A stretch of DNA of 64,000 nt. It comes from an uncultured Phycisphaerales bacterium. Its GTDB lineage: Bacteria; Planctomycetota; Phycisphaerae; Tepidisphaerales; Tepidisphaeraceae. The stretch lies in NCBI GenBank assembly GCA_963844715.1, contig CAWJPJ010000008.1, positions 736,001 through 800,000 on the forward strand, read 5' to 3'. The notes under the pieces are model-generated. The model had not been told where the DNA came from, did not search any database, and was given only the letters and a program-made list of their open reading frames with translations. Shown one piece after another: positions 23,724 to 33,984 of the stretch. The translations under genes and the position numbers were made by a program. Within the stretch, counting starts at the first letter, position 1. Each line of letters starts with the position of its first letter.

Positions 23724-25005
23724 ATGAAAACGCGTGAAGAGGACCCCAAGCCTCTTGATTATGCCACGCCCAGGCGTGCGCACCGAAGGGCTAGCGCGCC
23801 CCGCGATGGCAACGCTCGTACGCCGCTTCTCCCTTACCTTCCACTGATTTTTGCAATGCTGCAAATACCGTGCACCATGATAATCGGGACTTTGATGCTA
23901 CTCTTATATGGAGATATGAATCCGACCCCTCGCCTTGGATCCCTGTCCCCAAGAGCCATCGTGTGGATTACGCTTTTGCCGTCGGCCGCCGGGGTTTTAC
24001 TAGGGCCTGTCTGATGAATCCAAAATCCTGAAATAGCGACGGATCATGGCGAGCTTGGTCATGGCCTGAAAGTTCACCGCCAGTTTCTCGTAACGCGTGC
24101 CCAGGCGGCGATTCTCCTTCATCCAATTCACGCAACGCTCCACCACGTTCCGTCGGCGATACGCCTTGCGATCAAAGTTCTCCTGCGGCGGCTGATTCGA
24201 TTTCGCCGGGATCACCGCTTGGATTCGGTGGCGACGCAGCCATCGCCGCACATTTCCGTAACTGTATCCCTTGTCGCCCGCCAGCCTCCTGGGGCGACGA
24301 CGGCGGCGACCGATGCGCATCGCGTTCATCACCGGCTCCACGTACCGGCTCTCGTGGCATTGGCCGGCGCTGGCCTCGACGGCGAGCGGAACTCCCTGGC
24401 CGTCAGTAACCAGGTGGAGCTTGCTGCCCCACCCGCCTCGGCTGCGGCCCAACGCGTGATCCGCCGGTTCTTCCGGGGCGGTTTTGATTTTCTGGCTCCG
24501 GCGGCGGATCGACTGGCTCGCACATTGGTGCCGTCGATGCACCACAGGTCCCAGTCGATTCGTCCTTGCTTGTCCAACCTCATCTGCAGCCGCTGGAGGA
24601 TTCGATCAATCGTTCCGTCCTTTCTCCAGCGGTTGAAGCGGTCGTAGACGCTTTGCCATCTGCCGTAACGTTCGGGCATCTCGCGCCATTGAGCGCCCGA
24701 GTGCAGAATCCAGAACATGCCGTTGAGCGTGGTGCGGTGGTCGTTCCACTGCCCGCCGCGCTTGCCGTTGCCGGGCAGCAGATCGCCGATCAACTCGTAC
24801 TGCTCATCCGTGAGCTCATAACGTCGCATCCGTGACACCTCGTCTGAAAACCGCTATTTATAACCAAAAGCGATTCATCAGACAGGCCCTAGGTGCATGT
24901 GTGATGGTCTTTTTTAGGCCGACCAATATTGTGGACAAAGTCTTTGCGGTGGTTGGGATGGTCGGTTGTGCCGGTGCCGTAATCGTCATCGGGTTGATGG
25001 CCTGA
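23724..25005 (+). pseudogene. Small membrane protein gene interrupted by IS5 element
   Basis: Removing the IS and one CTAG copy restores ..AGVLLGACVMVFFRPTNIVDKVFAVVGMVGCAGAVIVIGLMA* in frame. Confidence 0.8.
24004..24888 (-). mobile_element. IS5 family insertion sequence (IS427-like, two-ORF transposase 24000..24838)
   Basis: Perfect 17-bp IR GGCCTGTCTGATGAATC / GATTCATCAGACAGGCC, flanked by CTAG at 24000-24003 and 24889-24892; YELTDEQ, W..MPERYG.W.SVY.RF, GRSRGG, DKGY, RRNVVER motifs. Confidence 0.95.
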
Positions 25006-25398
25006 TGCTGACCGCGACGAACCACGAAGCTAAGGCGACACGAACCAACGCCCTTCGCGGGCGTTCATTCTTGGCAACTTGTCTTATCCTAACTGTTCAA
25101 AAATCGGAAGTCTTTATAATCGCTCGCGGCGGCGGGGCGAGTAACAATTAAGGTGGGAGGCCGCGATGCGTCTGATCGGAATTTTGGGCGGATTTGTCTC
25201 GGGGTTTCTAAAGGTCGTCCTGTTGAGCGTGGCGGTGATCGCCGTGCTGCTTTGGTTCTTTCGGTAGGTCAGTTGATTCGAGCCGGCAACCCAATTTATG
25301 CAAACAGCTGCAATCCCCAGTCACTTCAAAAGTGTCAAGTTTTGTCCAACCCGGATTCCATTCCCGAATAAAATCGCCACCCCATCGGCTCGCGTTAT

Positions 25399-26233
25399 TT
25401 AGTGGCTGTGCTTCGGCCGCCGACCCCGGCGAAGTCCCAGCAATCGCGTCGCCGCGTACATCGCAAAGATGATGCTCGTGATGAAAAAACTCACCGGATA
25501 AGGAAAATAAAACGCCAGGATAAGCCCGGTCCACGTCGCGAAAAGTGCGATGACGATCGATATGGCGATGCCCCTGCGCCGGCGTGCTCGCGAGGCGCTC
25601 CGCGATGGCGGCGGGGGTGACCATCAAAGCGAAAATCAGAAGCACGCCTACGATCTGGACCGCAATCGATGTGGCGACGGCGATGATGAGCATGAAGACG
25701 ATGCCGATCGTGAAAACGGACAGGCCCTTCGCCTCGGCGACGTCTTCATCCAAAGAAGAGAAAAGAAGGGGGCGGTAAATGCAGGCGATGGCGATCAGGA
25801 TCACAATTCCGGCCACAAGGGTGATGACCACGCTGCTCTGGCTGATGCCGAGAATCTCGCCGAAGAGGAGCGAATAAGCTTCGGTTGCGTAGCCCTTGTA
25901 GAGGCTGATGAATAACACACCCAGGCCGAGCATGAAGGAAAGAACCGTGCCAACCTGAACGTCGCGGCCCTCGGCTTTTTTTCCAAGAGCGCCCATCAAT
26001 ATCCCCCCGCCCATCGTGAACGCGAGAAGTCCGACGATCGGATTCAATCGCAAAAGCACTGCTCCCGCGGCTCCGGCGAAGCCGGCGTGAGAAAGCGCAT
26101 GGGCGGCAAACGACGATCGCCTCACCACGACGAAATAGCCGACCACGCCCGCCACGATCGAGACGATGGTGCCCGCCTCCAGCGCGTGACGCATGAAATC
26201 GTACTGCCAGATTATTTCAAACTGGTTTATCAC
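25399..26233 (-). CDS. Metal (Zn/Mn) ABC transporter permease (frameshift near 25575)
   Basis: HALSHAGFAG, LLFGEILGI, VGVLLIFALMVTPAA; C-terminal helices in shifted frame. Confidence 0.9.
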
Positions 26234-26239
26234 GAAAAG

Positions 26240-27067
26240 CTATTCAGTGTGGTCGTGGTGGTGATGATGCGGCGGGGCTTCCTCGGACCCGATCACGGCC
26301 AGACGCCCCTGCGAATCGCGAAGCACCTCGATCGGCGCGCCGTACAGTTGCGTCAGCGATTCCGAGGTCATCACATCGCGCGGAGCCCCGACGGCGACAT
26401 TTCCATTGGCCAGATAAATCACCGAATCCAACGCCGATAGAAGCGGGTTAATATTATGAGCGATCAGCAGAACCGTGGCGTTGCGCGACTCGGCGACATC
26501 GTGAATAAGTCTCACCATCCTGGTCTCGTGCCGGATATCCAGATTCGAAAGAGGTTCGTCAAGAAGCAGGAGTTCCGGATCGCTGACCAGCGCTTCGGCT
26601 AGAAACACGCGTTGTAACTCTCCTCCGGAAAGAGTGCCGAGCGGCGCGTACGCCAGATCCTCCGCGCCCACCGAGCGCAAAGCCTCCATGGCCCGGCGCT
26701 TCTCGTCTCTTTTTGCCGCCGGCAGACTGATGCCGAATCGGTTTCCCGAAATGCCCAGCCGCACTAGCTCGATCGATTGGATGCGCAAATCCCTGTCGAT
26801 GGTATGCCTTTGCGGCACATAGCCGATTCTCGGATTCCCGCGCCTCGGTTTTTCGCCGAACAGTTCGATCGCGCCTTCGGTCGGGGTCATCAAACCCAGA
26901 AGTAGCCGGAACAAAGTCGTCTTGCCCGCGCCGTTGGGTCCGAGGATGGCGACGAATTCCCCCTTCGAGACCGAGAAATTCGCGGTATGCCAGACCGGCG
27001 CCCCGGAATAACCCGCGGAGAGATTTCGCGCACGGACGATTTCTTGCACGTCATTTCCCGAGGGCAT
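26240..27067 (-). CDS. Metal ABC transporter ATP-binding protein with His-rich tail
   Basis: GPNGAGKT, GYVPQ, LSGGELQR, LLLDEP; HHHHHDH C-terminus. Confidence 0.93.
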   Translation of the reverse strand: MPSGNDVQEIVRARNLSAGYSGAPVWHTANFSVSKGEFVAILGPNGAGKTTLFRLLLGLMTPTEGAIELFGEKPRRGNPRIGYVPQRHTIDRDLRIQSIELVRLGISGNRFGISLPAAKRDEKRRAMEALRSVGAEDLAYAPLGTLSGGELQRVFLAEALVSDPELLLLDEPLSNLDIRHETRMVRLIHDVAESRNATVLLIAHNINPLLSALDSVIYLANGNVAVGAPRDVMTSESLTQLYGAPIEVLRDSQGRLAVIGSEEAPPHHHHHDHTE

Positions 27068-27971
27068 TGGCGTTCAGGGCATTTTGCAGAATGAGAAGCT
27101 GGGCGTTCATCCATTCCTGGAACGTCGCGTCCGGGGGCTGGATGGTTTCGGTAACGCCAATCACGGGAATGTTCGCGTCGGCGGCAAGTTTTTTTACGTT
27201 GTCGGTCAGCGGCGTCACCGTCTGTTCATTGTAAACCAGAACCTGCGGCTGGTGGCTATTAATCTGCTTCTCAAATTCCACGACGCTGCTCACGGGCGGG
27301 TCGTTCCCTTCCGCGACCGCATCGATAAATTCCGGAGGAGAGATCAGGTTCAGCCCCGCGGCATCCGCAAGGTAGACGAAAATGCTCTCGGTGGACGCGA
27401 CTTTCGTCCCGCCGAATGTGCGTTTGATATTTGCGATGCGGTTTTGGTATTCGGCAAGCGAAGACTGGAGTGCTTTATATTGAGCCTGAAAATACGCGGT
27501 GTCGTTCGGATCGATGGAAATTAGATCGTTCTCCATCTGCGCGATGACTTGATTGACGTAATCCGGGCTGTACCAGAAGTGGGGATTATCGCCTTCTTTT
27601 TTGCCCAGAAGTTTCGCCACGACGAGAACTTTTCTGTTGGGATTGGGACCCGCGGAGAGAAGGGAGTCGCCCCAGCTATCGTATCCCGCGCCGTTCAATA
27701 TGACGTAATTGGCGGTGGCGAAGAGCCTGGCATCGCCGGCGTTGCTTTCGTATTCATGCGGGTCGGCGTTGGGATCGGAGACGATGGAAGTGACCGACAC
27801 TTTGTCGCCGCCAAGCTGCGAAACCAGGGAACCCCAGAAATTTTCCCCGGCAATTACGGTAATCGTCGCAGCGTCCCCGGCCCAGGCAGGGGGCGATTGG
27901 CAGAAAACAAAGATCGCGACCATCGCCGGAAGGCAACCGACGGCAACTCGCGCAAAAAATTTTCCATTCAT
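27051..27971 (-). CDS. Zn/Mn ABC transporter substrate-binding protein
   Basis: DPHEYE, NGAGYD, NPHFWY motifs; signal peptide. Confidence 0.92.
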   Translation of the reverse strand: MNGKFFARVAVGCLPAMVAIFVFCQSPPAWAGDAATITVIAGENFWGSLVSQLGGDKVSVTSIVSDPNADPHEYESNAGDARLFATANYVILNGAGYDSWGDSLLSAGPNPNRKVLVVAKLLGKKEGDNPHFWYSPDYVNQVIAQMENDLISIDPNDTAYFQAQYKALQSSLAEYQNRIANIKRTFGGTKVASTESIFVYLADAAGLNLISPPEFIDAVAEGNDPPVSSVVEFEKQINSHQPQVLVYNEQTVTPLTDNVKKLAADANIPVIGVTETIQPPDATFQEWMNAQLLILQNALNANALGK

Positions 27972-28048
27972 GGCCGGCTCCGCGGCAATTCGATAATCGT
28001 CATTCGTCTGATCGTGTCCGCCGTCAGCAAGCATAGGCGGCCAACGCG

Positions 28049-28073
28049 ATAAATGCAATGTAGTTGCATTTAT
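28049..28073. promoter_or_regulatory. Fur-family (Zur-like) operator palindrome
   Basis: ATAAATGCAA-N5-TTGCATTTAT perfect 10-5-10 inverted repeat about 80 nt upstream of the metal ABC operon. Confidence 0.7.
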
Positions 28074-28268
28074 TTATTTGGTTCGGCGCCCCCAAGCAAG
28101 CGGCCAATTTCGGGCATTGCTCGCACGTTGCGCGGGGGGTACGCGTCGCCATGTCTGATAAACCGGACTGGCCTAGGACCAAACCCCTAGTGGAAAACGA
28201 GCAATCCGTCCGATGCAGCTAAATCAAGAAATAGCCAATGATAAGGATAGCCAATTGAGGAGTTTTTC

Positions 28269-28460
28269 GTGACTGATCGTAGAAACAAAAGCGAGAATCA
28301 AGCGGCCCAGGAATCAATCGGCTACACCCAGCAGGCCCCGGCCGGGAAGAAGGGCCTCCGGAAACAGTGGAGCCAGCAATGCGACGACTCCTGGGCGGGG
28401 AGCGAAGCCGTGCAACCCCAGGCAAGCGCGCAAATGATTCAGCATTCCGGGGCGGATTGA
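28269..28460 (+). CDS. Possible small hypothetical protein (63 aa)
   Basis: GAGGAG SD before GTG; no recognisable motif. Confidence 0.3.
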   Translation: MTDRRNKSENQAAQESIGYTQQAPAGKKGLRKQWSQQCDDSWAGSEAVQPQASAQMIQHSGAD

Positions 28461-28593
28461 ACCCCGGCCGTAGGGCGATTTGAGTTACCGCGAAGTTCCA
28501 GACGAGCGCCGCCTCATCCGCAACTTTGCGGTTTTTTTGCTTCACCAAGACCCACCAAAATCCCACCGAAACGCAACTGTATACCACGAAGCG

Positions 28594-28656
28594 AAAAAAA
28601 GGGGTCGGGAGTCGTTTATCGAAAACGACTCCCGACCCTTTATTTTTTTTATTTTT
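28594..28656. repeat. A/T-tailed palindrome (REP-like element or bidirectional terminator)
   Basis: AAAAAAAGGGGTCGGGAGTCGTTT-loop-AAACGACTCCCGACCCTTTATTTTTTTT. Confidence 0.7.
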
Positions 28657-28744
28657 TCCACGCCTTTTTCCCGGCCTTATGATCGAAGTTGCGCGGGCGG
28701 CTTCAGCCTTGCACTGGCACGGGTTATGAACTAAACCGAGAAGC

Positions 28745-29077
28745 ATGACTGTTCTGAATTACATCGCCTGCTTCTTCGCCGGGCTATTTGTATGTAATTC
28801 CATTCCGCACCTGTCAGCGGGATTGCGCGGTGAACCATTTCCCAGCCCATTTTCAAAGCCCCCGGGCGTCGGGCCTTCGCGGGCGGTGGTGAATTTTCTC
28901 TGGGGGTCGGGGAATCTCGGCGTGGGGATTGTTCTGGCTCGCCTCGGGTCGTTTGAGTTGGGGTGGAATTTACCAACCGCGATATTCGTCGCGGCGTTTC
29001 TTTTGATGGGCCTGATGATGTCCAGGCATTTCGAAAAGGTCAGGCCCGGGTTAAGCGAGAAAAAGCACGGGGAGTAG
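28745..29077 (+). CDS. Small hypothetical membrane protein
   Basis: 110 aa; NSIPH..G.PFPSPF.KPPG.G.S..VNFLWG; hydrophobic segments. Confidence 0.75.
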   Translation: MTVLNYIACFFAGLFVCNSIPHLSAGLRGEPFPSPFSKPPGVGPSRAVVNFLWGSGNLGVGIVLARLGSFELGWNLPTAIFVAAFLLMGLMMSRHFEKVRPGLSEKKHGE

Positions 29078-29222
29078 AATCCAGCGGCACGGCTCGTTCG
29101 TCGAACTCTGTTTAAGCTCATTTATACGCTACAGACCAGCGTTGACTCGTGTCCGGCCAGTAGCCAACGGATAACCTTTTTATTTGCGTCCGGTCGGCAA
29201 AGGCTTTGTACATTGAACGGTG

Positions 29223-30435
29223 GTGAGAGCGAGCTCCTTCAAGCTGATCGTCGTCCTGGGGCTGCTCGCGGCAGGGCGTGCCCCCGCGCAAATGCCCCCC
29301 GCGACGCAACCCGCCGAGGGTTTTGGGCCCCCTAGGTATCAACAGGCGGTCTTGCCCCCGGTCCCGCTGGACGGCTTCACCTTCACTCATCCGATGACCG
29401 TGATTAATCAGGCCGAACTGGCCGAAGTGAAGAGGCGCATCGCCGCGCATATCGAGCCGCAAGCTAGCGCCTTCGCCAAGCTCCTCCACGACGCCGATGC
29501 GGCCCAGAATTTCCAGCCCGATCCTCCCGACACGATGGACGTCGTAGGCGGCTACGAGCCGCACTCGAACGAGGACACCGTGATCCGTCCGTGGTTCTGG
29601 CGGAACTGCCATGCGGCTTATGCCAGCGCTTTGGCGTACGCCTACACCGGCGACCGAAAATACGCCGACGAGGCAGGGCTGGTATTGAACGCCTGGGCCG
29701 CCAAGGGGACAACATTTGTCGGCCACGACAGGGGATTGCAACTGGGCTCGTGGTTTTCACCCATGCTTTACGCCGCGGATTTGCTGCATGGGTACGACGG
29801 CTGGAAAGAACCGGATCGAATTCGCTTCAATTCCTGGTGGCGAACCAACTGCCTGCCCTACACCATTGAGAAGATGCACCAGCGCAAGAATAATTTTAAG
29901 GACGCCGGCCTGCTCGGCGTGATGTCGGCGTCGGTGGTCCTCGAAGACAAATCCCTGATGTCCGATGCGCTGGCGGAATTGCAAAGCTACTTTGAGCCGC
30001 GCGATGACCAAATCGTCAAGTCGCAAGGCGATTGGAAGATCCAGCAGGACGAGCGGGGCGTTTTTCTTCCCGCGGAAGTGACGCGTAACGGCGGCGCCAG
30101 CGGGATCACCTATACAGCATATGCGATGACAACAATGGTCGAGGCTTTGGAAATCGCGCGTTACACGGGCCACGATTACTGGCATCGGCGCACCCCCGAA
30201 GGGGCCGATTTGCAGGGGGTCATCGAGTGCTATTTCCGCTGGGACGTGCTTAAGCAGCCCTTTCCCTGGAACGCGAATCCACTGCATTTCCAGACGCGGA
30301 AGAACACGTTTGAAATTGCCAACAATCATTTCCACTTGATGCCGGAAATAATTGACTGGCTAAAGCAAAACCGGCCGGTAAACGGCGCAGGGGGATGAAT
30401 ACGTTACGCTCAACAAAGGGGACATCGCGCCCTAG
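29223..30435 (+). CDS. Secreted alginate lyase family (PF05426-like) protein, copy 1; terminal frameshift near 30388
   Basis: Signal peptide, ATQP linker, ALAYAYTGD..YA......LNAWA, YAADLL, NNF, E..R motifs. Confidence 0.75.
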
Positions 30436-30524
30436 CCGCGGAGATTGCTTCAAGTAAACGGATAACCACCCGCCGGTTTTTATTTTTGCGTCCGTCTGCC
30501 GACGGCTTCGTACATTGACTGCTG

Positions 30525-31761
30525 GTGAGATTCAGTTTCTTCAAGCTGCTTGTCGTCCTGGGGCTGCTCGCAGGAGGGTGTGCAACCGCGCAGATCCCCC
30601 CGGCGACGCCCCCGGCGACACAGCCCGCGACACAGCCCGCCGACGGGTTTGGGCCGGCCAAGTATCAGGAAGCAGTCCTGCCGCCCGTGCCGCTGGAGGG
30701 GTTCACTTTCACTCACCCAATGACCGTGATCAATCAGGCCGAACTGGCGGAAGTGAAGAGGCGCATCGCGGCGCATATCGAGCCGCAGGCCAGCGCCTTC
30801 GCCAAGCTCCTCCACGATGCCGATGCGGCCCAGAGTTTTCAGCCCGATCCCCCCGACACGATGAACCTCATGGGCGCTCATGTGCCCAACTCGAACGAGG
30901 ACACGGTGATTCGTCCCTGGTTGTGGCGGAATTGCCATGCGGCGTACGCGAGCGCACTGGCGTACGCCTATACGGGCCAGCGGCAATATGCCGACAAGAC
31001 CATCGAGATTCTCAACGCCTGGGCCGCGAAGAAAACGAAATTTGTCGGGCCGGCCAGGGGATTGCAACTCGGCTCATGGTTTACCCCGATGCTCTATGCG
31101 GCCGATTTGCTCCACGATTACGACGGCTGGAAACAACCGGATCGAATTCGCTTCAATTCCTGGTGGCGAAACAACTGCCTGCCATACCCCATCGAGAAGA
31201 TGCACGAACGCAAGAATAACTTTAAGGACGCAAGCATGCTGGGAGTGATGTCGGCATCGGTGGTGCTCGAAGACAAATCCCTGATGTCCGATGCCCTGGC
31301 CGAACTGCAGAGCTACTTCGAGGCGCGCGATGACCAAATCATCAAAGCGAACGGCGATTGGAAAATCCAGCAGGACCAGCGGGGCGTTTTCCTTCCGGCG
31401 GAAGTGACCCGAAACGCAGGATCGAGCGGGATTACCTACGAGGGTTATGTCCTGACCACGATGGTCGAGTCGCTGGAAATCGCGCGCTACACGGGGCACG
31501 ATTACTGGCATCGCCGGACGCCGGATGGCGCCGATCTGCAGGGTCTGATCGAATGGTATTTCCGCTGGGACGTAATGAAGCAGCCGTTCCCCTGGAACGC
31601 GAATCCACTGCATTTTGAGACGCGGAAAAACCCGTTCGAGATTGCCAACAATCATTTCCACCTGATGCCCGAAATAGTTGACTGGCTGAAGCAGAATCGC
31701 CCGGTGAACGGCGCAGGGGGATGAATACGCCACGCTGAACAAAGGGGACATGCCGCCTTAG
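30525..31761 (+). CDS. Alginate lyase family protein, copy 2 (lipoprotein-like LAGGC signal); terminal frameshift near 31714
   Basis: Collinear paralog of copies 1 and 3. Confidence 0.75.
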
Positions 31762-31853
31762 CCGCAGAGATTGCTCAAAGTAAACGGATAACCATCCGCC
31801 GGCTTTTTTAATTTGCGCGTCCGTTTGCCAACGGCTTTGTACATTGACTGTCG

Positions 31854-33104
31854 GTGAGATTGAGCTTCTTGAAGCTGATGGTCGTCCTGGGGGTGTTCGC
31901 AGGAGGGTGTGCGACCGCGCAGATCCCCCCGGCGACGCCCCCGGCGACACAGCCCGCCGCACAACCCGCCAAGGGTTTTGGCCCGGCGAAGTATCAAGAG
32001 GCGGTCCTGCCCCCGGTCCCGCTGGACGGATTCAGTTTCACTCATCCAATGACCGTGATCAATCAGGCCGAACTGGCCGAAGTGAAGCGGCGCATCGCCG
32101 CGCAAATCGAACCGCAAGCCAGCGCCTTCGCCAAGCTCCTGCATGACGCCGATGCGGCCCAGAGTTTTCAGCCCGATCCTCCCGACACGATGCACTTCAT
32201 GAGCGCCTACGTGCCCAACTCGAACGAGGACACGGTGATTCGCCCCTGGTTGTGGCGCAATTGCCACGCGGCTTACGCGAGCGCATTGGCGTACTCATAC
32301 ACCGGCCGGCGCCAATATGCCGACAAGGCCGTCGAGGTTCTCAACGCCTGGGCCGCGAAGGATACGAAATTCGTCGGGTTGGCCAGGGGATTGCAACTCG
32401 GCTCCTGGTTTTCCCCCATGCTTTACGCCGCGGATTTGCTCCACGACTACGACGGCTGGAAAAAACCGGATCGAATTCGCTTCAATTCCTGGTGGCGAAC
32501 CAACTGCCTGCCCTACACCATCGAGAAGATGCACGAGCACGAGAACAATTGGAAGGATGCCGGCGTGCTGGGCGTGATGTCCGCATCCGTCGTCCTCGAA
32601 GACAAATCCCTGATGTCCGATGCGCTGGCCGAATTGCAAAGCTACTTCGAGGCGCACGATGACCAATTCGTCAAAGCGAATGGCGATTGGAAAATCCGGC
32701 AGGACGAGCGGGGCGTTTTCCTTCCCGCCGAGGTAACCCGAAACGGCGGCGCCAGCGGGATCACTTACACGGGCTATGCCCTGACGACAATGGTGCAGGC
32801 TCTGGAAATCGCGCACTACACCGGGCACGATTACTGGCATCGACGGACGCCGCAAGGGGCCGATCTACAAGGGGTCATCGAATGGTATTTCCGCTGGGAC
32901 GTGATGAAGCAGCCCTTCCCCTGGAACGCCGATCCACTCCATTTTGAAACGCGAAAAAACCCGTTCGAGATCGCCAACAATCATTTCCGCTTGATGCCGG
33001 AAATAGTTGACTGGCTGAAGCAGAATCGCCCGGTGAACGGCGAGCAGGGGGATGAATACGCCACGCTCAACAAGGGAGACATGGCTCCCTCGGCCATGCC
33101 CTAA
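31854..33104 (+). CDS. Alginate lyase family protein, copy 3 (lipoprotein-like FAGGC signal)
   Basis: Intact 416 aa ORF; NNW motif. Confidence 0.78.
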   Translation: MRLSFLKLMVVLGVFAGGCATAQIPPATPPATQPAAQPAKGFGPAKYQEAVLPPVPLDGFSFTHPMTVINQAELAEVKRRIAAQIEPQASAFAKLLHDADAAQSFQPDPPDTMHFMSAYVPNSNEDTVIRPWLWRNCHAAYASALAYSYTGRRQYADKAVEVLNAWAAKDTKFVGLARGLQLGSWFSPMLYAADLLHDYDGWKKPDRIRFNSWWRTNCLPYTIEKMHEHENNWKDAGVLGVMSASVVLEDKSLMSDALAELQSYFEAHDDQFVKANGDWKIRQDERGVFLPAEVTRNGGASGITYTGYALTTMVQALEIAHYTGHDYWHRRTPQGADLQGVIEWYFRWDVMKQPFPWNADPLHFETRKNPFEIANNHFRLMPEIVDWLKQNRPVNGEQGDEYATLNKGDMAPSAMP

Positions 33105-33148
33105 ATAGCAGACCGCGATTCAGCGACACCCTCACTCCCCGGTTTAGC

Positions 33149-33166
33149 CGCCCCGCTTGCGGGGCG
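33149..33166. terminator. GC-rich hairpin between convergent genes
   Basis: CGCCCCGC-TT-GCGGGGCG. Confidence 0.45.
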
Positions 33167-33200
33167 TGTCCTTCGATGTGCCGCAATCATGGTTCCCCAT

Positions 33201-33872
33201 TTAGCTGCGCGGCCGTGCTTCAATGGCGTATTGAAGCAGTTCGTTGCTGCTTTTCAGGTTCAGCTTTTGCTTGATGTGTTCCTTGTGGGCCTCGACGGTT
33301 TTTGTGCTGAGGAATAATTTTTCCGCGATGGCCCGCACGCTCTGGCCTTCCCCGATGAGCCGGAAGATTTCCAGTTCCCGGTCGGTGAGCCGATCGAGCG
33401 GGGCCAATTCAGAATCCGATTTCGGCCCGGAAAAACTGCGCAGCAGCTTGGCGGACATTTTTGGGGAGAGATAAACCGCGCCGCGCAAAACCGTCCGAAT
33501 TGCCGCGATCACGATTTCCTGGGGTTCCTGCTTCATCACATACCCACGAGCGTCCGCCTTGAGGGCCCGCTCGGCGTAAAGCCCTTCATCGTGCATCGAG
33601 ACGACCAGGATCGGCAGCGTGCTGAACCGATCCCGAATTTGCTTGCAAAGTTCCAGCCCGTCCCCGCCCCGGAGGGTGAGATCGACCAGCACGACGTCGG
33701 GCTTGGCGTTGGGCAATAGCCGCATGGCTTCGACGTTCGAATCGGCTTCGCCGCCCACGACAAGGTCGGTTTGATCGTTGATCAGCCGCGCCAGCCCCTG
33801 GCGGAGCACCGGATGATCATCGATGACGAAGACCTTTTTGCGTCCGTCTGGTTTTGGCTGAGTCTTTGCCAT
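33201..33872 (-). CDS. NarL/LuxR family response regulator
   Basis: IDDHP receiver; LTDRELEIF..IAEKLFLSTKTVEAHK HTH. Confidence 0.93.
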   Translation of the reverse strand: MAKTQPKPDGRKKVFVIDDHPVLRQGLARLINDQTDLVVGGEADSNVEAMRLLPNAKPDVVLVDLTLRGGDGLELCKQIRDRFSTLPILVVSMHDEGLYAERALKADARGYVMKQEPQEIVIAAIRTVLRGAVYLSPKMSAKLLRSFSGPKSDSELAPLDRLTDRELEIFRLIGEGQSVRAIAEKLFLSTKTVEAHKEHIKQKLNLKSSNELLQYAIEARPRS

Positions 33873-33984
33873 TGTCGTTCGCCGTGGGTGTGAGTTCGGC
33901 CCGTGACGGAGTCGGGGATGATGGGCCACTCCGCATTTGGCGTTGACAAGAACGCGCGGGGGCATTCTGCTCTTGCCCTAGCCG

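Noticed and set aside
30380..31761. Truncated C-termini (NGAGG*) of lyase copies 1 and 2 as a biological difference
   Set aside because: The downstream sequence still encodes GDEY.TLNKGD as in copy 3; a 2-nt loss in GGC-GCG-CAG explains both
29223..33104. Diversity-generating retroelement behind the lyase variation
   Set aside because: No RT or template repeat; differences are not adenine-specific and include many synonymous changes
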